From Trichoplax adhaerens (Eukaryota; Animalia; Placozoa), in NCBI RefSeq assembly GCF_000150275.1, contig NW_002060961.1, positions 1,352,502 to 1,364,312 of the forward strand: DNA of 11,811 bases, read 5' to 3'. Position 1 is the stretch's first letter; each line of letters opens with the position of its first letter. The position numbers and the translations under genes are program-made. Shown here in pieces: positions 1-8,375 of this stretch. The notes beneath the pieces are model-generated. The model was not told where the DNA came from. It saw only the letters and a program-made list of their open reading frames with translations, and did not search any database.

Positions 1-44
1 ATTTTGGGGCTGCACTACACTTGCACATAGCATTTTTGGTATGA

Positions 45-882
45 CTAGTGCAAACTCCCGTCGCTTTGCTGACGGTTTACGATAATGTGCTCATTTAACA
101 GATAGTATTATCATTTGATAGACCTGTCAGAGGTTCAGTAACTTTATACCGTGTACTTAATTTAATATAAGGTCACAGAAAATTGTCTTGGCATCATTGC
201 TCTAGATAATCTATGTTTAATAGCAAGCAAATGCCCATATAAAGTAGTACCAATAAAAGTTTTATCTAGCAATTCATTATTGAAGACTACAGTATCGGCC
301 ATTATATCTGAAACCTTAATAAATAATGCTTTGTGCGTTAAAAACTGTATTAAAACATTTTGTTAGCAAACGGCTGTATAATTAGTCGCAAATGAAGAAA
401 AATAGACAAGAGTCAATTTCATATCTTTTTATCGTTTACAGTTTCATGAATGAGTTTTTAATATCTTATCAACGATTCTATGTAGAATAATACTTTTTTT
501 ATATTATTATTATACTTTCAAAGCACATTATTGCAGTACTTAGCTGCAATCACTGCACCTAATTTTTATCTAGGGTATATCTAGAATGGATTACTGGAAT
601 TACCGCCATCTTTACTATTTTTATGAGCGCAATAATCATTGGTGTCTTGTCTATGCTAATTATACTCGCAAAACAATAGGGCAACAAGTACTACTCAATA
701 ACGTTTGTGAATATGTAAGTTTGCAGATGCAATCATCAACAGATTACTAATGACAATTTGCCGTCATAGTAAATTTTAATGACAAAAATTAATTCCAGAC
801 TCAAGAATGGGTAAAATAGATATCGTGTAAAAATAGGCAAAAGTCGTTACGATACGACGGACATCGCTTTATTTATTACAGA
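45..882 (-). mobile_element. Putative non-autonomous Helitron-like element (3' terminus well supported, 5' terminus tentative)
   Basis: The minus strand reads aaa-CCGTC(a)GC-aaa-GCGACGG-gagtttgca-CTAG|T: a GC-rich hairpin (+58-75) 9 nt before CTAG (+45-48), followed by T. This is the canonical Helitron 3' end. A candidate 5' end TCTGTAATAAATAAAGCG starts at +882, but it is preceded by G rather than the expected A. No TSD or TIR is seen. Confidence 0.5.
574..714 (+). CDS. Candidate isolated exon, unknown product (GISRMDYWNYRHLYYFYERNNHWCLVYANYTRKTIGQQVLLNNVCEY)
   Basis: Acceptor tttttatctag, perfect donor gtaagt at 715, and 141 nt open in phase 0. No domain is confidently recognised. Confidence 0.3.
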
Positions 883-1804
883 CAATTTTTTTTTTCTGAT
901 TTACTTATCCTCTAGCAGTGATACTGTGATTGAATATGGACGTGTATACCATCATTGAAATTATAGAATGACTATGTCGTAAAATCATGGTAATAACTCA
1001 GTCAAATTGAAAGTTTTTAAGTCATACTTCATTAATTAAGGTAGCTGTAAGATCGTATACTATTACGTTGAATTAATATAATATTCCCTTAATATGTAAT
1101 TACCTGTACATTACTCAGTCCACGTTTAGAATTAGTCAGTTTTTGATGAAATTCAATACGTAATACTTTGAACTGATTTAACTATCCTTACAAAATTAAA
1201 ACAATAACGCTACCGAGTTTATTCAAAACTTCATTTTCTACTCAGGCAGTGTAGAGCATAATTAAAATATGATAACAAAATTCCTCATCAGTTGTCATCT
1301 TTAATTAAATTACCCTTAGAAGCAAAATGTCGTAGATAAGACCTGGCTCATAATTTAATGGCTACTATGTATCTAAACTTTTCGGTATACAGAAAGATAT
1401 TTTAAAATTATTTTTCTAGTATAAAGGCCGCTCGTTACATGTCATCGTAGAGTAATGCCATGTTACATTACTTACGATTAATTAATAATACTTGATTCTA
1501 TCTGTCTTTCAATGTGTATGAGTAACATTGCACGGAAATACTGTATATAGCAAATCGCGTCCACTCTTACTTTACTCCAAATATTGTACAGTATATTAAT
1601 TTTCGCCGTCAATTCGAACATTTGCATATATTCAGGTGGGATGCCCACTTTGTTTAGTACTTTAAGGTTAATTCTTATTATAATATCAGATCACTTAAAT
1701 ACGCTATATTAACATTTTACGATTGCGGAGCATAGCCTCAGTACGCATCTGATGAGTAGTCTTAAAAAAGCGTTCTATGTGTCTTAGAGTATAGCGATAT
1801 GTAG

Positions 1805-1862
1805 TATAACTCAAAAGATTATTATGACGATTTAAAAAGCTGGATGCCTGATTTATCTAACG
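1805..1862 (+). CDS. Adhesion GPCR candidate GAIN-domain exon (..YDDLKSWMPDLSN)
   Basis: Strong donor G|gtaagt at 1863. YxxLxxxxP resembles the GAIN subdomain-B YxxLxxLLP motif. The acceptor is uncertain (1805, or 1788 with a frameshift). Confidence 0.45.
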
Positions 1863-4800
1863 GTAAGTAATATTCTCTATTGATTTAAACCGCATCGATT
1901 AATTTTAGGTCAAATATCGCTATGTATTGATTCATGACCATGATAAGCTGCATAAGTACATTCATATTAATTTTAGCTCGCTAATCTGATGCATGAAATT
2001 AGTAATTTAGGTATTATTACTTTGATATTGTTTCCAGTTTTCGATGCTGATTTAATTTTCTTAAATATACCAACCGTGCAATTATCATACCTTTATTAGC
2101 TTAGGTGTTAGATTGCTAATTGCAATGTAGGTAATATTACTTTGATATCGTTTCCAGTCTTCGATGCTAACTTAATTTTCTAAATTATAAAAACAGTGCA
2201 ATTATCATTATTTTATTAGCATAGGTTTAAATTAATAACTTAGGTATTATGAATTTGATATTATTTCCAGCTTTCGAAGTTCATTTAATTTACCAGCTCG
2301 GTCCGCATACCTAATGATAGTCAACACTGCACACAATGCACAACAGATGGGGCCACAGCGTCTTAATATGCAGTAAATTAATATCAGACTAACTTAAAAC
2401 ACTTACTTAAGTTGGTTTTACAGATTGCTACTCTAATCTGTCATAACACTAGTAAGGATAAAGCACTCCTACTACAAAGCCTAAGAACCACCCTAGTAAA
2501 GGCTTGCAATCAGTAGACACACTTTACTAACGTCTCCAAAAAAATTTTATAGATTAAACTTACTACTTGCCATTCTTTCACAGAATCTACTAGTTTAAAT
2601 TGTAGTGTATGGGGTAAAACGTAGTTTATTGAATTAACATACACTTAAATTACAGAGATCTGTCAGTAAAGTGAAAAATTGAATACCAATATAATTTAGT
2701 TTGTAAACTCGATTATATAAAGTTTTACGGATTCCTTTTGGTAAATATTATTATAAAGTCGTTAAAGAAAAACACCTATGAAAACAACAACACCTGAATT
2801 GACGAATACTATATTTAACCTAGTGATTCCGTACAATGTTGACAAATTAGGTGCATAAGAAAAACAAGTCCATAATTGAAATAATGATCATATTAGTTAA
2901 TCATAACATCATGACTTGCAAAAAGTGCTAATATGAACACGTACATGACGACTAAAATTATAAGTGCATTGAAGTAAATAATAATATTATGCTATACACT
3001 ATATAAATCAATAAATCACTCATCAATAAACGATTTTCATAACAAAGAAATACTAGAAATATTTTAATGCCGTTACTTATTCGATATTAAGATGAGCTTA
3101 TTTATGAAGAATAATCTTATCTAAATAAAGTATGTTATCACAAAGGTTTCTTGACTAATGCCATACCACATTACAAATAACGTTCATAACTTTCATTTCA
3201 AGTACTGCAAGAGTAATATTGATTTACTACGGGATATGAATTTCTAAACTTTGTAAGTACAATAAATCATGGCATTTCCCATATTGTAATACTGAAATAC
3301 TAGAAGCAACAATTTTCCGCAAACTCTATCACTTAGGCAATGATAGCATAATTCAAATTTTTGATCACTGCTATATTAAAGGCGAGATTGTAATGATCAT
3401 TTATGGATGCGACAGGCAAATAATATCTTGATATCAAAGGCGGACCAGCAGCTCTATTTCATAAATAATATTATTAATTTATAATATTTTAAAATATTTA
3501 TATTAATAAATATTTAACAAGAGCTACTTATCATTATTTGGGACATTTAGTATTCGTGCATATTAATAATAACGTAGTTACTATCCACATTCATAGCTTG
3601 CTTGTCGTAAAATAATTGATGTGAAATTACCTTCATAGCCAATGTGGATGGTCCCCATCAGGTTGCTGGATGGGTTCAGAATCGAATTCAACGCATACCT
3701 TTTGCTATTGCAACCATACAGCTACTTTTGCCAGCCTATACCATGATGTACAGGTAGTTCTTCAAGCAGTAAAGAATACGATTTTAAATAAATATTAAAA
3801 CTTTAATTTTACATAAAATTAATTAATTAAAAAGGTATTACTATAGAAACTGTGCGTTTAAAATGATGATTAATGTAACATAATCAATACTTAAATGAAA
3901 ATGTAGGTAGTAAATTAAGTACTTAAATTTTTTAAATATACAATTATTTAGATATATTAATTCTCTTGCTCGATCACATTACTAGATTTCGAAGTTCCAA
4001 TTTGAAATTATTACCTACATTGGATGTGGTATTTCGTGTTTACTTCTAGCTATTATAACTGTCATATATCTTATTTCCTGGAGGTATGATCGGTAAAATT
4101 CTTGCAAGATAAATCTTTTGCTAATAGATTAATTTCAATCCTAAACGAGTCATAAGAATGGAAGCTTCTTAAAAATTATTATTTTGCAAACTTAAAACTT
4201 AATATTATCCTATTTGTGAAAGATGGATGAAAGTAACATAGCGCTGCAATTAAACGTTGTATATCATTAGTGCTAAAGGATTAATAAATTTCTTTAGATC
4301 AACCGTTACATCTAAATCGCTTCAGTAGTATATAATTATTGATTCTTCTATACTTGCTTGCTGGCTACTGATATTTAATGTATTATTTACTTAACTTTAA
4401 CTGCTCAATAATATTAATTATAGGAAAAATAGGAAAACGCTTACATCTATCAATCTCAATATCTTTGTCTGGCTGTTGCTTGCTAATATAATTACCATTA
4501 TTGGCCTACCACATACTCAGCCAGTGGTAAATGAATCAGTGCGAGAAATTTTCTGATATTAAAATATCGGAAATATTATTACTGTATAGACATCATGCCT
4601 CATGTACGATGAAATTAATAGCCATAAAATTCAATAATGATTACCAAATAATATTCTTTTTAGCAACTGTGCGCCGGAATTGCAACACTCCTTCATTTTA
4701 CCATACTGGCAGTTTTGCTTGGATGATGTGCCAGGCCATCCATCTAGTAATGCAATCAACTCGTACATTAAAGAAAAAGATGTACAAGGTGTACAGTTGC

Positions 4801-7226
4801 ATTGGCTATAGTAAGTGTACTAGATCGAAATTGTACTTATTTTTGATACAGATATTTACAGTGCCACAACGCACAGTAGCTTAAAATTTTTATATTGCAA
4901 TAGAGAATGATATAGATTGACCAATGAAATTTATAGTCTGTTTTTTTCTCACTGATAAACGCGTTCTTCTCCCTAACTAGTTTTGCCATTAGTGGCAGCC
5001 GTTGCAACTGCTGTGGTGACAATTGTTCTGATGGGAATTAAGAATTATCTTACAGATAATGTGTAAGAATGTAAAATGCATAGCTCCTGATTGTGGTTCA
5101 ATTATAATTTATCTTTTAAGTAGCAGTAATTGCATGTAATGCTTGAAATTCAATCATTACTATTGAGCTCATTTCACTATCGCATTGATATTGTTAACAA
5201 TGCCTAGGTGTTGGTTAAGAAGTAATCCGCTTATAATTTCTGGATTTATTGGCTTGACTCTATCTATGACGCTCGTAAGAAATATTCTAATCTTTCAATT
5301 ATAGCATTTGATAAAAACCTCCTTTAATTTTTCTGTTTAGCTAAGTAACTGCCACACTTTAAAAACCATTTTTGAAAATAATAGCTGTGTATCAGAGGCT
5401 ATAATCTAATATAAGCAAACATTATTAAGTCATCCATTTTAATTGCTTATACAATATTATTACTAAAAAGTTCAATTAGTGATATTATCAAAATAAATAA
5501 AAAATCTAGTACTAAACGTACTGAAAATTTTTGATATAAAAATAGCCAATTGTAAGTCAATAGGTTGGACGTACTGATTTATCCATTCTAAGACTGGATG
5601 TCCTTTGAATTTTTGTAAAACATAAGAAATCAATATTTTTCTATGACCAAATATCAAATAGATTACTATAATAGCAATTATACTTGTCAGTAAGAATTTT
5701 AGAAATGCGAAAAGTGAAAATCTAGAGAAGAGACAGGAAGAGTTTTCTATTTATAAGTCAGTATCGCGAGTGCTTGCTGTTTTATAGTTTATACTCAGAT
5801 TCAATGAATTATTAAAATTAACTAGTATCCTAATATATTCGCATCTTTTATTTGGGTTCATAGGCATGATCTGATCAGGGCCTTTTTTCTGCTCTTATTA
5901 ATAGCTGTTGGTTGGACTTTATTTGTTTTGTTTATCATATATAATCATATCATATTGCAATATGCCTTCGCAATTCTTAGTTTTCTACAGGTATTGGATT
6001 AATTTGGAACTTTTCTTTTTCTTCATTGATTTCTTTAACTAATTTAAAGCTGACTATTATTATGAATGCCATCCATAGATATTTAGACTTTCGGAGTTGT
6101 AAATATGTAGACAATTTAATTCACGTACTAGATTACTTCGCAATATATTAACAATATTTTATCAATTAGGGACTGTATGTATTTGTATTTTATGGCATTC
6201 AAAAGATAATTCTGAAAAATGATGATTGGGTAAATGCAGCACTTAATCGTAGCAAGCAGTTTTATTTCTTAAATTGAAATTTACTAAAACTGCAACATTA
6301 ATAAAGTATTAAAATACTACACGTACTAAAATTATGCTGAGCATGAATTAATTTTTATTAAAATTCATCAAATAGGAGAAATCATCAGTAAAGACTATGG
6401 ATACAGGTCGCGGTGATTCTTTTACATCCAGAAGGTATTGCGATTTATTCTGACTCATTAAACTAAGTTGAAGTTATTTTCATACGGTGCAACGCTTTCG
6501 CTTCAGCTATTCCTTAAAATTTGATAACTATTCATCGTATGAATGGTTACATTATTTTCGTAGTAGTAATAAACGATAACATTATTCTATAGTCTGTACA
6601 AAGCATTTATTACTGTTTGATGTTGTAATCACGTTAGCTTAGCTTGCATTCCAAGAGGTGAAGTTCATGTATTCGATAAATGTCTACAGTTTTAAGAGGA
6701 TCGTTCAGCTAACTAAATAATTTTAAATTTAGCTGTGCGGTACTCTCATGGCTTATATTACAGTACTTGATAGTAGTTACCTAAATAAGTATTAGCCCAT
6801 TAAAAGATGGAATAAACCTATTAAATTGCTTCTTAGTTAGTTTAGGATATACTTCATAGCGGCATAAATATTTCCTTTCTAAGCTGCTTTTTAATGCAGT
6901 TAATAATTACTACTCGGATACCTTTATGATTAGAAAAACTGGGCCACCAGAGCCAGATTCTGTTAATGTTTACGAAGATACTGATGTAAATAAAGTTGCT
7001 TACGAGGAAGTGATGGCAGGTAGAAACATTAGACACATTTATGATGGAATTTATTCATTATAAATTCGCTTACTACCTAAATTTTCCTATTTTATAAATG
7101 GAGTGTAAATATATGTACTGTATGGTTACAATTAACTTATACGTACTTTATCGTAACCATGATTTTTTTCCACTGATACAGATTGAAACTCCACCATCAA
7201 GTATGGAAGATTCGGTACGGTTTTAA
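1805..7226 (+). CDS. Adhesion G protein-coupled receptor (GAIN/GPS + secretin-like 7TM); multi-exon gene span, N-terminal exons not resolved; contains a 1-nt frameshift at ~4710 (pseudogene or sequence error)
   Basis: Chain of GT-AG exons, phase-compatible once one base is restored at ~4710: 2424-2451, 2584-2620, 3639-3753, 3986-4083, 4424-4526, 4664-4810, 4981-5062, 5208-5274, 5662-5756, 5864-5990, 6170-6229, 6376-6434, 6934-6985, 7182-7226. It encodes CSVW..WSPSGC..CYCNH (GPS), ITYIGCGIS (TM1), CAGIATLLH..SFAWM (TM3), CWL (ECL2) and LQG.YVF (TM7). Confidence 0.9.
2008..2296. repeat. Intronic imperfect tandem repeat, ~120-bp period, about 2.5 copies
   Basis: Copies start at 2008, 2128 and 2241 (taggtattattactttgatattgtttccag...). 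By hand count, copies 1 and 2 differ at 14 of 99 positions without gaps. Copy 3 is partial and more diverged. Confidence 0.9.
2297..2372 (+). CDS. Adhesion GPCR candidate GAIN exon (ARSAYLMIVNTAHNAQQMGPQRLNM)
   Basis: Acceptor tttaccag, donor gtaaat, raised GC, and phase 1 matching the 1862 donor. The 3' phase (2) does not match the next exon (0) unless one base is missing. Confidence 0.4.
2424..2451 (+). CDS. Adhesion GPCR GAIN micro-exon (IATLICHNT)
   Basis: ttttacag|...|gtaagg. The phase 1 end joins 2584 to give IATLICHNTKSTSLNCSVW, matching the GAIN 'VxIxFxH.....CxFW' pattern. Confidence 0.55.
2584..2620 (+). CDS. Adhesion GPCR exon with first GPS cysteine (KSTSLNCSVWGKT)
   Basis: ttctttcacag acceptor and CxxW motif. 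The phase 2 donor (gtagtt) is compatible with exon 3639. Confidence 0.7.
3639..3753 (+). CDS. Adhesion GPCR GPS-motif exon (QCGWSPSGCWMGSESNSTHTFCYCNHTATFASLYHDVQ)
   Basis: cttcatag|...CAG|gtagtt. W-S-x-x-G-C...T-x-C-x-C-N-H-x-x-x-F-A-x-L is the GPS consensus. Confidence 0.93.
3986..4083 (+). CDS. Adhesion GPCR TM1 exon (ISKFQFEIITYIGCGISCLLLAIITVIYLISWR)
   Basis: actag|...AG|gtatga. ITYIGCGIS is the typical adhesion-GPCR TM1 start. Phase 0 in, phase 2 out. Confidence 0.93.
4424..4526 (+). CDS. Adhesion GPCR ICL1/TM2 exon (KNRKTLTSINLNIFVWLLLANIITIIGLPHTQPV)
   Basis: ttatag|...|gtaaat. Basic ICL1 followed by an IxxNx hydrophobic helix ending in G. Phases 2/0 fit the neighbouring exons. Confidence 0.88.
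4664..4810 (+). CDS. Adhesion GPCR TM3/ICL2/TM4-start exon, frameshifted (QLCAGIATLLHFTILA / SFAWMMCQAIHLVMQSTRTLKKKMYKVYSCIGY)
   Basis: ctttttag|...A|gtaagt. The two halves of the TM3 consensus CxxIAxLLHYxxLASFxWM lie in different frames, joined at CTG GC^AGT (4706-4713). The exon is 147 nt where 148 is needed. Confidence 0.88.
4981..5062 (+). CDS. Adhesion GPCR TM4/ECL2 exon (ILPLVAAVATAVVTIVLMGIKNYLTDNV)
   Basis: ttcttctccctaactag|...GT|gtaaga. Completes the TM4 G-Y-I-L-P motif (GWGxP-like). Phases 1/2. Confidence 0.88.
5208..5274 (+). CDS. Adhesion GPCR ECL2/TM5 exon (CWLRSNPLIISGFIGLTLSMTL)
   Basis: cctag|...|gtaaga. Conserved ECL2 CWL and FxG motif. Phases 2/0. Confidence 0.9.
5662..5756 (+). 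CDS. Adhesion GPCR TM5-end/ICL3 exon (ITIIAIILVSKNFRNAKSENLEKRQEEFSIYK)
   Basis: aatag|...AA|gtcagt. Hydrophobic then charged segment. Phases 0/2 bridge the TM5 and TM6 exons. Confidence 0.8.
5864..5990 (+). CDS. Adhesion GPCR TM6/TM7 exon (HDLIRAFFLLLLIAVGWTLFVLFIIYNHIILQYAFAILSFLQ)
   Basis: ttcatag|...CAG|gtattg. TM6 Trp and QYxFxILxxLQ match adhesion-GPCR TM7, with a phase-0 intron at LQ|G. Confidence 0.9.
6170..6229 (+). CDS. Adhesion GPCR TM7-end exon (GLYVFVFYGIQKIILKNDDW)
   Basis: aattag|GGA...TGG|gtaaat. Completes the LQG-x-aromatic-V-F motif. Confidence 0.85.
6376..6434 (+). CDS. Adhesion GPCR cytoplasmic-tail exon (EKSSVKTMDTGRGDSFTSRR)
   Basis: aatag|...AG|gtattg, phase 0 in. 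Ser/Thr-rich. Read-through would stop at TGA 6451-6453. Confidence 0.65.
6934..6985 (+). CDS. Adhesion GPCR cytoplasmic-tail exon (KTGPPEPDSVNVYEDTD); the frame stays open to TAA 7061-7063
   Basis: The attag acceptor in phase 2 matches the 6434 donor. GC is raised, and the gtaaat donor is the same hexamer as at 4527 and 6230. The 3' boundary is uncertain. Confidence 0.55.
7182..7226 (+). CDS. Probable terminal exon of the adhesion GPCR (IETPPSSMEDSVRF*)
   Basis: Acceptor tttttttccactgatacag. Phase 0 fits the 6985 donor. TAA at 7224-7226. Confidence 0.45.
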   Translation: METPPSSMEDSVRF

Positions 7227-8311
7227 TATTTTGTTTCATCTGAAATCGTATGATAGCAAAATTGACCGGGAAAGTGTTAGTCTTTCATTAAAATTTTTTG
7301 CTACTCCTTCTCTCATCGGCGTAATGAATCAAACTAAAATTTCTATGACAGAACTTTTCTTATCGTAAACTAAAAATTTCATTCATATATTCTAGTAACA
7401 ATTATTATTATAGAACTGTATAAATTCGATATCATTTGTTCGCACCTACAATTTTCCTAAAACAGTATGTCTTAATATGTAAACGTAAATATTTTTACCC
7501 GACGTATTTTTCTATAGTTAATCTGTATTTCTAAAATAGCAATATTAAACTTCCATTACTCTATCAACATTTACTAGTATGCTTTTACCTGCTTGTTCTG
7601 GTTATTTTTTGCTAATAGCTATTCTTGGGAGAATATTTCTGCCATAGCATTATTAAATAGTTGTAGTAACGTAACCATTAGCTTTTGATGGTATCATGAT
7701 TACTTATAATACTGAAATGAGTTTCTTAATAATTACACCCCGTTATGGCATCGATCTTAGTGACACAGTTTATAATATTATTAGCAATCCTCGCTCTAAT
7801 CGTGATGTATTTCAATTCCAAGTGTTTAGCTTTATGAAATTTTAAGTCTGAACATAATTATGAGTAGTTTTAAAATATACACTTATGCTCTTGTGTATGT
7901 GCATCGATACTTTATGGAATAAAAATTTTTAATATCCCGGGTAATGATTAAGGTTCATAATTTTGTTATCGAAATAATGGTTCATATTAGGCATTCATCA
8001 GACATGAAAATTTTTTTTTTTTAGGTAGAAGTTTTTCAAGTAATTTTGTATTTCTAAGACATTTTAGGAAACTTTACGTTATTTGATTCTTTGTTTTGTT
8101 GATGACTGAACTATTAATCCTCAAATTTATCCAAATAATGAGTATGATTGCTAATCATTTCAGAACAATTCTCAGGCATAACGCATCTTTTTATTCGAAC
8201 ATAAACTTTAGATAAAGAATTCTTTTTATGCTGTTGTATTCGATATTAAGTACTAAAATATAAGTAGGCATAAATAGCTACAGACGCCCTATACCCTCAC
8301 TTCTTCAATAG

Positions 8312-8375
8312 AATGGTTAATTTATCTTACTAATTCCGTTAATCTATCATTATCATCAGGTTCAACATTGCTAAG
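8312..8375 (+). CDS. FUT8-like alpha-1,6-fucosyltransferase, candidate penultimate exon (xWLIYLTNSVNLSLSSGSTLLR)
   Basis: cacttcttcaatag|...AG|gtaatg. Phase 2 joins the acceptor at 8644. It aligns without gaps to the recalled FUT8 segment [23 protein letters not shown] (Y, S, N, S and R identical). Confidence 0.45.

Noticed and set aside
2008-2296. Repeat considered as a CRISPR-like array or duplicated micro-exons
   Set aside because: The units are long, diverged and lack unique spacers; the frames I translated after tttccag hit stops; no cas genes are present.
2768-2830. Symmetric phase-2 Thr/Pro-rich candidate cassette exon (KTPMKTTTPELTNTIFNLVIP) within the GPS intron
   Set aside because: Weak acceptor (ttaaag) and donor (gtacaa); GPS spacing is already normal without it.
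4531-4884. 117-aa ORF from the track as a standalone gene
   Set aside because: It is intron sequence fused to the post-frameshift half of the GPCR TM3 exon; only 4711-4810 is real coding in this frame.
4837-5022. 61-aa minus-strand ORF
   Set aside because: Antisense shadow of the TM4 exon plus intron; no recognisable motif.
5472-5657. 61-aa minus-strand ORF; KFKGHPVLEWINQYV faintly resembles FUT8 RVHGDPAVWWVSQFV
   Set aside because: It is on the wrong strand relative to the FUT8-like exons, lies inside a GPCR intron, and the similarity is too weak.
6854-7036. 60-aa minus-strand ORF
   Set aside because: Antisense to the GPCR tail exon; no independent support.
7183-7368. 61-aa plus-strand ORF
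   Set aside because: Starts at a TTG one base out of frame with the acceptor-defined exon at 7182; the composition is non-coding-like.
7989-8310. Tiny FUT8-like word matches (GIH, RIFL, IATD, PSLL)
   Set aside because: They are in different frames, interrupted by stops and 3-4 residues long, as expected by chance; the last overlaps the polypyrimidine tract of exon 8312.
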